Source: Leptospiraceae bacterium
GTDB lineage: Bacteria; Spirochaetota; Leptospiria; Leptospirales; Leptospiraceae
Length of the DNA stretch: 64,000 bases
Direction: 5' to 3'
Assembly: GCA_027485405.1 (NCBI GenBank)
Contig: JAIXRB010000082.1
Coordinates: 13,657 to 77,656, forward strand
Positions 19,272 through 28,564 of this stretch are shown one piece after another; the stretch's first letter is position 1; each line of letters starts with the position of its first letter. The translations under genes were made by a program, and so were the position numbers. Under the pieces are notes generated by a model. It worked only from the letters and a program-made list of their open reading frames with translations. It ran no database searches and was not told where the DNA came from.

Positions 19272-20192
19272 ATGAATAAATACATTCTTATTCTTTTTTT
19301 ATTGGGAACAGTTTCTTGCACAACTACAGAAGCTACGCGCAGAAATTACAGCGCTTCTGGGGATCCAGAGGATATCTTTTTTGAAAGATCACAGAAAAGC
19401 CGACCAACTCAGTCGACCGATGACTCTGTAGCAAAATCTGTATTAGATGACATGAATACAACGAGTAAAGGAACATCGGAACCGAAAGCTTTACCCACAA
19501 AACAAGCAAATATGTCCAGTTTTGATGAAGTCGGACTTTCTTCCTGGTATGGACAAAAGTTCCAGGGAAGACCAACGGCAAGCGGGGAACCCTTTGATAG
19601 GCTAAAATTGACAGGTGCCCATCGAACTTTGCCCATCGGTTCGGTCGTAAAAATCCAAAACCTCGAGAATCAGAAAGAGGCGGTAGTTAGAATCAATGAC
19701 CGTGGACCTTTTGTGGATGACCGTATAGTCGATGTTTCCGAAAAAACAGCAGAACTTCTCGAATTTAAAGAGAAAGGCGTAACCAAAGTTGGGATCAAAG
19801 TCTTGAAAAAAGGCGAATCGGATGACTTAGACAACGACGATTCTGATCTTTTGGACGATGCCCCCGCAAAACCTGAAAAACTCCAGGGCCAAAAACCAGC
19901 GAACCAGAAACTCCCTGTTTCAGCCGCGACAGCAACTACTGCTGCGGTTGCATCGGCGCATAGTTCTACCCCCAAGGGATTCACTGTCCAGGTTGGGGTT
20001 TTTAAAGAGCAAGAAAGAGCGCAAAAGTTTAAAGAATCAATGAAATCGGGATACAACGAACCAGTTTATGTCTACCCGCGCGATAACTCGTTCGTTGTTC
20101 AGGTTGGAGATTTTGCGGATCGCACAAAAGCCGAAGCCTTGAAAGGTAAACTCAAGACTGACGGGATTGACTGTTTTATCCCTCCACGTTAA
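19272..20192 (+). CDS. rlpA: septal ring lytic transglycosylase RlpA-family lipoprotein with a C-terminal SPOR domain
   Basis: Lipobox LLGTVSC. DPBB core SWYGQKFQGRPTASGEPFD...AHRTLPIGS...VRINDRGPF. SPOR-like GFTVQVGVFKEQERAQKF...VVQVGDFADRTKAEAL. Confidence 0.85.
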   Translation: MNKYILILFLLGTVSCTTTEATRRNYSASGDPEDIFFERSQKSRPTQSTDDSVAKSVLDDMNTTSKGTSEPKALPTKQANMSSFDEVGLSSWYGQKFQGRPTASGEPFDRLKLTGAHRTLPIGSVVKIQNLENQKEAVVRINDRGPFVDDRIVDVSEKTAELLEFKEKGVTKVGIKVLKKGESDDLDNDDSDLLDDAPAKPEKLQGQKPANQKLPVSAATATTAAVASAHSSTPKGFTVQVGVFKEQERAQKFKESMKSGYNEPVYVYPRDNSFVVQVGDFADRTKAEALKGKLKTDGIDCFIPPR

Positions 20193-20210
20193 CAAACCAC
20201 TATTTTCTAC

Positions 20211-20243
20211 TCTGGGTGTTTAGAAAGACACAGAACACCCAGA
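20211..20243 (+). terminator. candidate intrinsic terminator hairpin downstream of rlpA
   Basis: Perfect 10-bp inverted repeat tctgggtgtt / aacacccaga with a 13-nt loop, followed by cTTTcT, which is a weak U-tract. Confidence 0.45.
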
Positions 20244-20322
20244 CTTTCTGGAAAATGTATTGCATTTTCCTAAAAAATTCCATACTCTTTCCAATTACCA
20301 ATCCCCAAAGAAGCAAGAAAAC

Positions 20323-23300
20323 ATGAGTGAATCGATTTTTTCATTAGATCATATTTTAGTAAACTATTACACCTTTGGTAGCTTACTTGTCACAGTAATC
20401 ATTGGCATCTTAGCCATATTCTTCCTTTCCTTACATGACAAAACCAAGTCCACTTATCACTTGGGTTTGGCTTGTACTTACCTTGCCTTATTTCAGTTTG
20501 GCTACTTTTTAGCGGCTTTCTACTATCACCCGATAGCCGCGTTCCACCGATGGTTTACAGTTGGTTTCATTCTTTTTGGAATTCTGCACTTTGGACAGTT
20601 TTTCTATCGATTCCCTGGCAATGAAAACGGTAAAGTTGCAGGTTTCATTGCCAGAATCATGTATCCTGTTGCAGTAATAGCCGTTATCTGGTTTTTTGCT
20701 CAAACTTACAATAGCCCAAAGAAATATCACTTTACAGCGCACCATTGGGACTTTAACGCAGAAGGTCCAAGTAAGGTTCTTGGAATCCTAATTGTTGTTT
20801 ACTCTTTGATTTCTTTCATACTATTACCAGCTATAAAAATCATCCGTATGGCAAAAGGCAAACGAAGAGCGATCTCCGGAATGGCCTTTGCAGGGTTGAT
20901 TGCCGCCGTCGTTCCAAACGTAACGAACGTTATGAGTCGAGACGGGGCAATGGAACGATCTACATTCTTAACTTCATTGGTTCTACTTTTCACTTTGTCT
21001 TTCTTTATGATCACAATCATTTTTATCAATACCAGTTCCGAAAGAACAACATTTATGGTAAAGATCGTTGGTATATCGGCTGTTACGATGTTAATCATCA
21101 TGCAGGCCTTTTCCTATATGGTGGATCAGGAAAAAGAGACTGCGTTTGACAATTTTTCGATCCAGATGGGCTCTAGAGCCTTGGAAGGCGGGGAGATATC
21201 TAAATCCATTGTTTACATTGTGGATTATGATCCCAAAAGCAAAGAGTTTGTAACAGAAAGAATGCCCGAAGCAGTTCAATTGGATTTTCCTCTTGTTCAA
21301 GCAGATATGTACAATACGTACATGCATGAACAGCTGGACCATTTGTCTGCAGCGGATTTCAAAAATCAACTCAAGGCATCACTTGAAGAGACTCCGTCTT
21401 TCTTTCAGGGATACAAAGATTCTATCCTAAACTTTTTAGAAAATTCAAGCGCCAGAACAGATGAAGAACTTCGAGAAGATACTTTTAAATACTTTGAAAA
21501 AATCAACAAGCTAACTTTCGTAAACCTAAACAAATTATCAGATATTCCTGCAAATAAGTTTTGTGTCGAAGGAAAAGACTATATCAAAAAAACAAAAAAT
21601 GTAGAATTTTTCAAACAAGCGATTTTGAGCAAAGTGAAAGATGGAGATTGCACTTGGGATGGAAAAACTGTTTCGGAAGAAGACTATAGAATCGAATACC
21701 TCAAATACTTCCGAAACTTCAAAGCAGAGCTTACCAGACACTACAGAAAAGACTTAAACAATCTAACTCACTATGTAGTTTACATGAAGTATGATCCAAA
21801 TAGAAAGATCATGCAAGAAGTTGGCTACTATTACAAAGACTACCGAGCTTATATGCACAAGTCGGCAAAACTTGAGATCTTCATTTTGGGAATTGTGCTT
21901 TTAGTTCTATTGATCGTTTTTCCTCTGTTCTTCAAAGCAACTCTGGTTGATCCACTTTATAGCTTACTTTCCGGTGTTGAAAAAGTAAATGCAGGGAACT
22001 TAGACATTGAAGTGCCAATTGAGGTTAATGATGAGATCGGTTATCTTTCCGAATCTTTCAATGGTATGGTTGCTTCCATCAAGGATGCCCGGAGAGAACT
22101 CCAAGATTATGCAGAAAACTTAGAAGAAAAGGTAAAAGACAGAACCAAAGCTCTCCAAGAGAAAATGGATGAGGTAAATCGTCTTAAAGTTCAGCAGGAC
22201 GGTGACTATTTCTTAACTTCCCTACTTGCAAAACCACTCTTCTTCAATGCAAACAAATCTAAAACGGTATCTACTGACTTCTTTGTTCACCAAAAAAAGA
22301 AATTCGAATTTAGAAACAAAGTCGGAGACTTGGGTGGAGATATTTGCGTTACAGGAAACCTAAAACTAGGAAAACCTGACAACTTCAAACGATATACAAT
22401 GGTTATGAACGGCGATGCCATGGGAAAATCCATGCAAGGTGCTGGAGGTTCATTGGTAATGGGGGTCGCTATCAATGCCATTATGGCAAGATCAGCAAGT
22501 AACAAGCGGATCTTAAACCGAACCCCTGACGAGTGGCTCACAGACGTTTACGAAGAGATCAACTCCGTATTCAAATCTTTTAACGGAACAATGGTAATTT
22601 CAGCCACCATTATGTTGATCGATGATGAAACTGGTGAAGTTTTCTTCTTCAACGCAGAACACCCATTTACAATTCTTTATCGAGATGGTAAAGCGAGCTT
22701 TATTGAAGAAGAGTTGAAGCTAAGAAAACTTGGTCTCGATTCTGAGTATCCTTTCGAAGTTCAAAAATTCCAACTCTTACCTGGTGACCAAATCATTCTG
22801 GCCTCCGATGGAAGAGACGATATCGACCTTACTCCTGACGAAGACGTAAGAACGATAAACGAAGACGAAACTCTAGTTCTCAAATATGTTGAACAAGCAG
22901 AGGGCGATATTTACAAGACTGAAAAGTATCTGAAAGAGCTTGGTGAGCTAACGGACGATATGTCGATGATGAGTATCTTTTATAGAAAGCATGGCGTTGA
23001 AATCGTTGAAGATGCACCAAAACCTATCGAGAAACCGATTGAAGCACCACAATCCGTGGCAGTTGCAGAACCAGTTGTTGAGCCAGAACCAACTGAGGAA
23101 ATCTTTGAACCCAAGACAGACGATTGGGACAAGGTATTAACCGCAGACGGAGCTTTTGAAGAAGGAAAGGAGCTTTATCAAAGTGGCGAACTAGAGCGAG
23201 CAGTTGGTGTACTTTCCAAAGCATTCAAGGCAGACAGTTCAAACCACAAACTAAATAAATTCTTGGGATTGATTAGTTACAAAGCAAAAGAATACCAAAT

Positions 23301-23604
23301 TGCTTCTGAAGTTCTCACTGCGTTTTTAAAAGACAACGAAGGAACTTCAGAGTATTGGTACTACCTATCTATGTCAGAGAAGAAAATTGGAAACTACGAA
23401 CCAGCGCTAAAAGCGGCACAAGAAGCTCTTAAGTTGGATCCAAACAATTTTCAAAATCTAATCAATTTGGCAGACGTTAGCAGACTACTTGGAAACACAG
23501 ACAGGGCATATACCTATGTTACCAGAGCTCAAGGAATCGATCCTGAAAACAAGAATGTCAAGAAGCTGACTCGTTTGCTAGAAAAAGCCACAAGTTTAAA
23601 TTAA
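20323..23604 (+). CDS. membrane sensor: multi-TM region, HAMP, SpoIIE/PP2C-like phosphatase, C-terminal TPR
   Basis: HAMP (LVDPLYSLLSGVEKVNAGNLD...EIGYLSESFNGMVASI). Coiled coil, then QQDGDYFLTSLL, GGDICV, MNGDAMGKSMQGAGG, ASDGRDD and DDMSMMSI. TPR end. I prefer the ATG at 20323 (MSESIF) to the TTG at 20260. Confidence 0.8.
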   Translation: MSESIFSLDHILVNYYTFGSLLVTVIIGILAIFFLSLHDKTKSTYHLGLACTYLALFQFGYFLAAFYYHPIAAFHRWFTVGFILFGILHFGQFFYRFPGNENGKVAGFIARIMYPVAVIAVIWFFAQTYNSPKKYHFTAHHWDFNAEGPSKVLGILIVVYSLISFILLPAIKIIRMAKGKRRAISGMAFAGLIAAVVPNVTNVMSRDGAMERSTFLTSLVLLFTLSFFMITIIFINTSSERTTFMVKIVGISAVTMLIIMQAFSYMVDQEKETAFDNFSIQMGSRALEGGEISKSIVYIVDYDPKSKEFVTERMPEAVQLDFPLVQADMYNTYMHEQLDHLSAADFKNQLKASLEETPSFFQGYKDSILNFLENSSARTDEELREDTFKYFEKINKLTFVNLNKLSDIPANKFCVEGKDYIKKTKNVEFFKQAILSKVKDGDCTWDGKTVSEEDYRIEYLKYFRNFKAELTRHYRKDLNNLTHYVVYMKYDPNRKIMQEVGYYYKDYRAYMHKSAKLEIFILGIVLLVLLIVFPLFFKATLVDPLYSLLSGVEKVNAGNLDIEVPIEVNDEIGYLSESFNGMVASIKDARRELQDYAENLEEKVKDRTKALQEKMDEVNRLKVQQDGDYFLTSLLAKPLFFNANKSKTVSTDFFVHQKKKFEFRNKVGDLGGDICVTGNLKLGKPDNFKRYTMVMNGDAMGKSMQGAGGSLVMGVAINAIMARSASNKRILNRTPDEWLTDVYEEINSVFKSFNGTMVISATIMLIDDETGEVFFFNAEHPFTILYRDGKASFIEEELKLRKLGLDSEYPFEVQKFQLLPGDQIILASDGRDDIDLTPDEDVRTINEDETLVLKYVEQAEGDIYKTEKYLKELGELTDDMSMMSIFYRKHGVEIVEDAPKPIEKPIEAPQSVAVAEPVVEPEPTEEIFEPKTDDWDKVLTADGAFEEGKELYQSGELERAVGVLSKAFKADSSNHKLNKFLGLISYKAKEYQIASEVLTAFLKDNEGTSEYWYYLSMSEKKIGNYEPALKAAQEALKLDPNNFQNLINLADVSRLLGNTDRAYTYVTRAQGIDPENKNVKKLTRLLEKATSLN

Positions 23605-23621
23605 AAACCAGAAGGAAGAAA

Positions 23622-24143
23622 ATGAAGAAAATACAAAAACTAATTCTCGTTTGCTTAGTTTCCATAGGAAGCTTTGCACTACAAGCTCAAGAAGCCGATT
23701 CGATCGTAGGGAAGTATCTTCCTCCAGAAAAGGATTCGGTCATTGAAGTCTACAAATGTGGCGCCAAATACTGCGGCAAAACTTTCTGCATCAAAGACAA
23801 TGCTTATACGGAAAAAGAGAAAGAGAATGGAACCGTTGGAACTCCTTATTTGGACCACAACAACGAAGACCCAAAACTTCGCAAAAGACCAAACCTTGGA
23901 ATGGAGTTCTTAACGGGCTTTGACTACGAGGGAGAAGGTCTTTATAAAAATGGAAAAGTATACAACCCTAGAGACGGTAAAACATACTGCGCTAAGATGA
24001 CACTGTCTGATCCTAACAAGTTGGCTCTCAAAGGTCACATTTGCGGAATTTCATTCTTAGGAAAAACCAATGAATGGGTTAGATTAACAGGGATCAACCT
24101 GGACGATCCTCGTTGGGATTGCGTAGGAAAAACAAAGAAGTAA
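23622..24143 (+). CDS. DUF2147-family secreted protein
   Basis: Signal peptide, then GKYLPPEKDSVIEVYKCGAKYCGK...LDHNNEDPKLRKRP..G.....GKVYNPRDGKTYCAKMTL...LALKGH..G.SFLGKTNEW, matching the DUF2147 pattern from memory. Confidence 0.75.
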   Translation: MKKIQKLILVCLVSIGSFALQAQEADSIVGKYLPPEKDSVIEVYKCGAKYCGKTFCIKDNAYTEKEKENGTVGTPYLDHNNEDPKLRKRPNLGMEFLTGFDYEGEGLYKNGKVYNPRDGKTYCAKMTLSDPNKLALKGHICGISFLGKTNEWVRLTGINLDDPRWDCVGKTKK

Positions 24144-24169
24144 TCTAAATCACTTCTTAAAACATCTAA

Positions 24170-24196
24170 AGCTCTTGGCTGAAAAGTCCAAGAGCT
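24170..24196 (+). terminator. hairpin downstream of the DUF2147 gene (possible terminator)
   Basis: Perfect 9-bp inverted repeat agctcttgg / ccaagagct with a 9-nt loop. The T-run (ttttttt) lies about 20 nt further on, so the terminator call is weak. Confidence 0.35.
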
Positions 24197-24246
24197 AACA
24201 TCATTCAAAACTGAATTTTTTTCAATGCGATAAGAAAAGAAGATAT

Positions 24247-24275
24247 TTGACATATAAAAGCATATAAATTAGACT
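24247..24275 (+). promoter_or_regulatory. candidate sigma70-type promoter for vapBC (TTGACA-17-TAGACT), implying a near-leaderless vapB mRNA
   Basis: TTGACA at 24247-24252, a 17-nt spacer, then TAGACT at 24270-24275. The vapB ATG is only 7 nt downstream and has no SD. Confidence 0.3.
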
Positions 24276-24282
24276 CTTTTGT

Positions 24283-24486
24283 ATGCGCACCACCATTGAT
24301 ATTCCTGAAGATCTCTTAATTGAAGCTCAAGACTATTTGGGATATAAATCCAAAACAGACACGATTATTTTCTCACTAAGGGAGCTTATTCGGAAAAAGA
24401 ATATAGAGCACCTGAAAAGTTTAGCAGGTAACTTAGAACTAAAAATTGATATAAGTAAGTCTAGAAGGCGTTCAGAGAACAAATAG
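24283..24486 (+). CDS. vapB: type II antitoxin, VapB family (DUF2191-like)
   Basis: 67 aa. MRTTIDIPEDLLIEAQDYLGYKSKTDTIIFSLRELIRKK matches the MRTTLDIDDELL... VapB_antitoxin pattern. A PIN gene follows 12 nt downstream. Confidence 0.75.
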   Translation: MRTTIDIPEDLLIEAQDYLGYKSKTDTIIFSLRELIRKKNIEHLKSLAGNLELKIDISKSRRRSENK

Positions 24487-24498
24487 AATTTACAACAA

Positions 24499-24882
24499 AT
24501 GATCTTTATTGACAGTTCTGTATGGATCGAATATTTCAAGGGAAATAAAAAAGATATCAAATCGGAAATTTACAACTTATTGGATTCAAATCAAGTCGCC
24601 TTAGCTGCACCTGTTAGAATCGAAGTTCTTTCAGGCACTTCGAAAAAAGATTTTCAGACACTTAACCTTATTTTTTCAGCCCTTCCTATTTTTTACCCAT
24701 CGAGACAATCTTGGCAACGAATTGACCATTGCTTAGAAATCGCCAAACACAATGGACTAACATTTGGTTTTGCAGATTTGCTAATTGCCGTCATCGTAAA
24801 TGAAAATAAGGGAAAACTGTGGTCCTTTGACAAAGACTTCAAACCAATGGCAAAACTTAATTTTTTAGAATTATATAATTAA
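24499..24882 (+). CDS. vapC: type II toxin, PIN-domain ribonuclease VapC
   Basis: 127 aa. MIFIDSSVWIEYF (first acidic residue), RIEVLSG, FADLLIA and SFDKDF give the PIN acidic quartet. Confidence 0.85.
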   Translation: MIFIDSSVWIEYFKGNKKDIKSEIYNLLDSNQVALAAPVRIEVLSGTSKKDFQTLNLIFSALPIFYPSRQSWQRIDHCLEIAKHNGLTFGFADLLIAVIVNENKGKLWSFDKDFKPMAKLNFLELYN

Positions 24883-24889
24883 TTTTTCC

Positions 24890-25414
24890 TCAAATCTTTT
24901 CAAAATCTTTGTAAAGCATACTTGGTTGAATGCCTTGGTTTGCTTGGTATTTTCCAGATTTGTATTCCAGAATGTCGCCTTCGACTGTGTGATAGAAAAT
25001 TTGGCAAATCTGTACTCCAGCGTAAATGCGAAGCGGATGAATCACTTGGATCTCTAGGGTCCAAAAACCTTTAAAACCCACATCTCCAAATCCAGCTGTT
25101 ATATGAACAAACATACCAAGTCTACCGATCGAAGATCTTCCTTCTAACATTGGCACTAAGTTATGTGTCTCAGTAAATTCCAAAGTTCTACCCAAATAGA
25201 GTCTTCCAGGTTCCAATACAATTCCATCTTTTGGTATGGTGATTTTCTCTGTCGGATTTGGTTTTTTCATGTCTAAAGGCATTTGAGTATAGACTAACAA
25301 ATCTTCATGTAGACATAAATTGTATGAATTTGGATTCAAAAGAGATTCTGAATAAGGTTCGATCTTTATGTCTGTTCCAAGTCGTTTTTTAATTTCTGGT
25401 CCGGTTAAAATCAT
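24890..25414 (-). CDS. dcd: dCTP deaminase
   Basis: MILTGPEIKK..., NPNSYNL, LEGRSSIGRLG and FWTLEI motifs of the dCTP deaminase/dUTPase fold. 174 aa. Confidence 0.85.
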   Translation of the reverse strand: MILTGPEIKKRLGTDIKIEPYSESLLNPNSYNLCLHEDLLVYTQMPLDMKKPNPTEKITIPKDGIVLEPGRLYLGRTLEFTETHNLVPMLEGRSSIGRLGMFVHITAGFGDVGFKGFWTLEIQVIHPLRIYAGVQICQIFYHTVEGDILEYKSGKYQANQGIQPSMLYKDFEKI

Positions 25415-25446
25415 AATTGTTTTCCAAAGTTTTTAAATTTCATAAA

Positions 25447-26220
25447 TCATTTTCCAGAAAAGCGAGGACTTCTCTTTTCTTTAAAAGCAAGGAGTGCTTC
25501 TTTGCGGTCTTCAGTTTTAATAGTTTTTTCATAACAGAATCTTTCCCAATCCAATGAGTTGGAATCTATTGATTTTCCAAAACCATTGACTGACTGTTTT
25601 GCGGCTCTTACCGCCATTGGAGCAGAAGTCGAAATCTCTTTCGCTATTTCTAAGCAATTCGCTTCAAACTCTGATTTTGGAAAAAGAGCGTTTACAATTC
25701 CCATTTTCATTGCCGTTTCAGCTGAAATTCGGTTTGCCCGAAAGATAAGCTCTTTTGCTTTACTACTACCCACTATTTCAGTCAATCGCTGAGTTCCACC
25801 GGCACCAGGAATGATTCCTAACTTTGTTTCTGTTAACCCAACCACAGATTCTAAAGAGGCATAACGCAAATCACAAGCAAGTGCCAGTTCCAATCCACCT
25901 CCAAACGCATATCCGTCTATACAGGCAAGGGTTGGCATGGGAAGGTTCTGAATCTGTAAAAAAACTCGGTTGATCGTATTTAAAAAAGAGACCACTTCCG
26001 ATTCATCCATGGATTCTCGCTCTTTGAGGTCGGCACCTGCCGAAAATGAGCCTCCAGAACCGAGGAACAAAACCACTAAAGGCATTTCTTTGTAAGCAAC
26101 TTTTACAGCTTCATCCAATTCGAAAAGAAGGGCCTTTGAAATCGCGTTCTTGGCATCGGGTCGGTTCAAACGGATGCAAAAGATCCCTAGCTCAGTTGTA
26201 GTTGTTTCTAAGAGAGACAT
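25447..26220 (-). CDS. enoyl-CoA hydratase/isomerase (crotonase) family protein
   Basis: RPDAKNAIS, FSAGADLKE, the oxyanion-hole region DGYAFGGGLELALACDLR and TETKLGIIPGAGGTQRL. Confidence 0.85.
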   Translation of the reverse strand: MSLLETTTTELGIFCIRLNRPDAKNAISKALLFELDEAVKVAYKEMPLVVLFLGSGGSFSAGADLKERESMDESEVVSFLNTINRVFLQIQNLPMPTLACIDGYAFGGGLELALACDLRYASLESVVGLTETKLGIIPGAGGTQRLTEIVGSSKAKELIFRANRISAETAMKMGIVNALFPKSEFEANCLEIAKEISTSAPMAVRAAKQSVNGFGKSIDSNSLDWERFCYEKTIKTEDRKEALLAFKEKRSPRFSGK

Positions 26221-26285
26221 AGAAAGGTGATTCCATGGAAAAATTAAGAATGAAATCTAGCAATCGATTCCGATACTTTACGTAA

Positions 26286-26984
26286 ATGCTTGCGTCTTTT
26301 TCAAAAAAAATACTCGGGCTGGTGCTCTTCTTTTTCTCTATCTCATGTACTCCGAGTGGAGGTGGGAATGACGCGCTGAGTGGCCTAATTCTGTCCCCTC
26401 CGTCCATCACCAGTGTAGTTCCAGAAATCGGATCTCCGGCTCAGAACAACCTAAACGGCGCTTTTCCAGCTACCCAAGTAGTGATTTCTGGAGCAAACTT
26501 TGGCACTGACACAGTTGTCCGATTCAATTCTATCCAAGCCACCATCATCTCTAACTTAGGAACCGAAATTAGAACCTCCGTCCCAGATGGGGCAACACCC
26601 GGAGTTATGACAGTTTCCAAATTGGGCGGAAGTTGCCCCGCAGGTCTCAAAACAGGGACGAACTGCACTGGAACTAATTTTTTTATCGATTGTTATGCAG
26701 TTACCAACAAACAGTACGGCGATGAAATTGAGATAGTAGAAGGCAAAGCGCGAAGCGTGAAGTTTGATGGTGTGGTAACGAAAGCCTTTCGATCTTCGGT
26801 GTTGACAGTTGCAGGAAACATAACCATTGGTTGCGACAGCGTAGTGACACTTCGAGTGTTTAGTCCAAGCTGTGTGGCGCGAGACTTAGTTTTACAAAAA
26901 GATCCAGTCGTAGCCATTCCAGCTGGCGTATCTACTCAATTCTATGTTACAGCAGGAAGTTCAACCTGTTCCATCGGAATCTAA
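26286..26984 (+). CDS. lipoprotein with an IPT/TIG-like domain
   Basis: Lipobox FFFSISC. ITSVVPEIGSP...VVISGANFGTDTVVRFNSIQATIIS...EIRTSVPDGATPGVMTV resembles the IPT/TIG fold signature. Confidence 0.65.
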   Translation: MLASFSKKILGLVLFFFSISCTPSGGGNDALSGLILSPPSITSVVPEIGSPAQNNLNGAFPATQVVISGANFGTDTVVRFNSIQATIISNLGTEIRTSVPDGATPGVMTVSKLGGSCPAGLKTGTNCTGTNFFIDCYAVTNKQYGDEIEIVEGKARSVKFDGVVTKAFRSSVLTVAGNITIGCDSVVTLRVFSPSCVARDLVLQKDPVVAIPAGVSTQFYVTAGSSTCSIGI

Positions 26985-27001
26985 AAAGATTCTAAAGAAT
27001 T

Positions 27002-28552
27002 TTAAACTTCGATTGGGTTTTTAACAAAACGCTTGTAAACGATAATGTTTGCGGCGCCCATCCACTCACTCATATGCTCTCTAAAAACAAGATCTATTGA
27101 TTTGTTTTCTTTCTTTTCTGGAGGCAGTGCATGGTAGTAAACCATAGCATTATCAGAGGCTTCCTTGTATTTAGCTTCAACAATTTCAATTAGTTTTCGT
27201 AAAAGAGCCAGGTTGTTCTTTTCTTCACCAACATTGGGCAATAGAGATTTGTTCCAATAATCAATAACATGTTTCTTAACAACTTCGATCGGAATAAGCC
27301 GCACAACTCTCTTTCCATCCGGGGCACGAATGTGAAGAAACCCAGTATTTGCTTCAGTTAAAAACTTCTTAGCGATCATGTAGAAATGGGAAGGTCCAAT
27401 ATGAAAAAAGAAAACCCATTTTAAATTTGCAGGGATCCCAATATGGAGCATCACGATGTTTTGGCAAAACTCAAAGAAAAGGGTTAAAAAATCCAAATAG
27501 GCTTTTTCAGTTTCAGCGGGATCCTTTAATTTCTTATCTAAAGATGACATGGATCGAATGAACTCAGACCTTAATAGCTGTTCATCGGCACCCATATGCA
27601 AGTCCATATTGATTGTTGATTTAAAGTAATCCCTTTCTTGGTTATATTTTGCCAAATCATATTGAAACAAATAATGATGGTTGGAATTCCATGTAAACTT
27701 GCCTGATGCATCAATTTGATTGGAATTGAGTTTTTGAGTGGGAGGGGTTTTTAAGGTACCCTTGACTTCGGGAGCCACCTTTCCTTCGTCTTTTGGCAAA
27801 TTTGATGTGTATTTTGCGGTATCGATTTGAACGATAGGTTTTGCATCTGAATTGTTGTCAGTTGAAGAAAACGGTTGTGTTGGAACGAAATTAAAGTTTG
27901 TAACTTCATAGTAACCAGCATAGAAGTCTTCTGCAAAAACACTAGACAGTCGATAGTCTACTTCTTCTCGAAACTTTGGTTTTACTGGTTTTTCATCGAA
28001 GAGATCTTGAAACTTTTCTACTCTCAAGATAAAGCCCATGCGCTTTAGCAATGCTTCTAGCATGTTCAATCTTTCAAATGCAGGATTGATTCTAAAACCA
28101 AACAACTGATTCATTTTGAAATCCATTTCATTGAACTCAGCAGTTTCCACCGTTCTCTTAATCAAAGACCAACCGTTAAACGATTCGACGTAGTACTGTT
28201 TTAGGATTTCATAAATGAGCTGAAATTGCAGAAAATCTAAACGAGACGAATCTAAAGCGATCCCATGAAAGAAACGACTAAACTCTTTTCTTGCCAAAGG
28301 GACGAGATTTTTCTCATCTAAATTGATGATTATGTCTTTGCTTCTCTTTTGAAGCTTGTTCAGTTCCTGGTCTAAACTTTTTCTGATTACGATTAGGTCG
28401 CGCTTGTTTGCCTCAGAAATGTTTCCTGATGTTACATAGTTTTGAAAGCTAGAGACTAGGTTTAGAAAACCCGAAAAAAAGTAAACATACCCTTTTTTAA
28501 AGTCTTCAATGAGAATTAGTTCTTTTTCTTCTTCCTGGCGGGTTAAGCCCAT
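27002..28552 (-). CDS. hypothetical protein (516 aa, no recognised domain)
   Basis: Long uninterrupted ORF in a dense coding context. No motif I can name. Confidence 0.6.
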   Translation of the reverse strand: MGLTRQEEEKELILIEDFKKGYVYFFSGFLNLVSSFQNYVTSGNISEANKRDLIVIRKSLDQELNKLQKRSKDIIINLDEKNLVPLARKEFSRFFHGIALDSSRLDFLQFQLIYEILKQYYVESFNGWSLIKRTVETAEFNEMDFKMNQLFGFRINPAFERLNMLEALLKRMGFILRVEKFQDLFDEKPVKPKFREEVDYRLSSVFAEDFYAGYYEVTNFNFVPTQPFSSTDNNSDAKPIVQIDTAKYTSNLPKDEGKVAPEVKGTLKTPPTQKLNSNQIDASGKFTWNSNHHYLFQYDLAKYNQERDYFKSTINMDLHMGADEQLLRSEFIRSMSSLDKKLKDPAETEKAYLDFLTLFFEFCQNIVMLHIGIPANLKWVFFFHIGPSHFYMIAKKFLTEANTGFLHIRAPDGKRVVRLIPIEVVKKHVIDYWNKSLLPNVGEEKNNLALLRKLIEIVEAKYKEASDNAMVYYHALPPEKKENKSIDLVFREHMSEWMGAANIIVYKRFVKNPIEV

Positions 28553-28564
28553 AGGAAGAGAGTT

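Noticed and set aside
19670-20056. 128-aa antisense ORF inside rlpA. Similar long alternative-frame or antisense ORFs occur at 525-866, 7555-7941, 31649-32062, 39309-39737, 46641-46982 and 61172-61642.
   Set aside because: Each lies wholly within a gene that has strong family motifs on the other strand or frame. Their products are low-complexity or Ser/Pro/Arg-rich, as expected for antisense translation of AT-rich genes. None has an SD or an independent motif.
20260-20322. TTG-initiated 21-codon N-terminal extension of the 1114-aa sensor (MHFPKKFHTLSNYQSPKKQEN).
   Set aside because: The extension is hydrophilic and begins only 17 nt after the rlpA terminator-like hairpin. The ATG at 20323, directly before the first TM helix, is more plausible. 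This is not proven.
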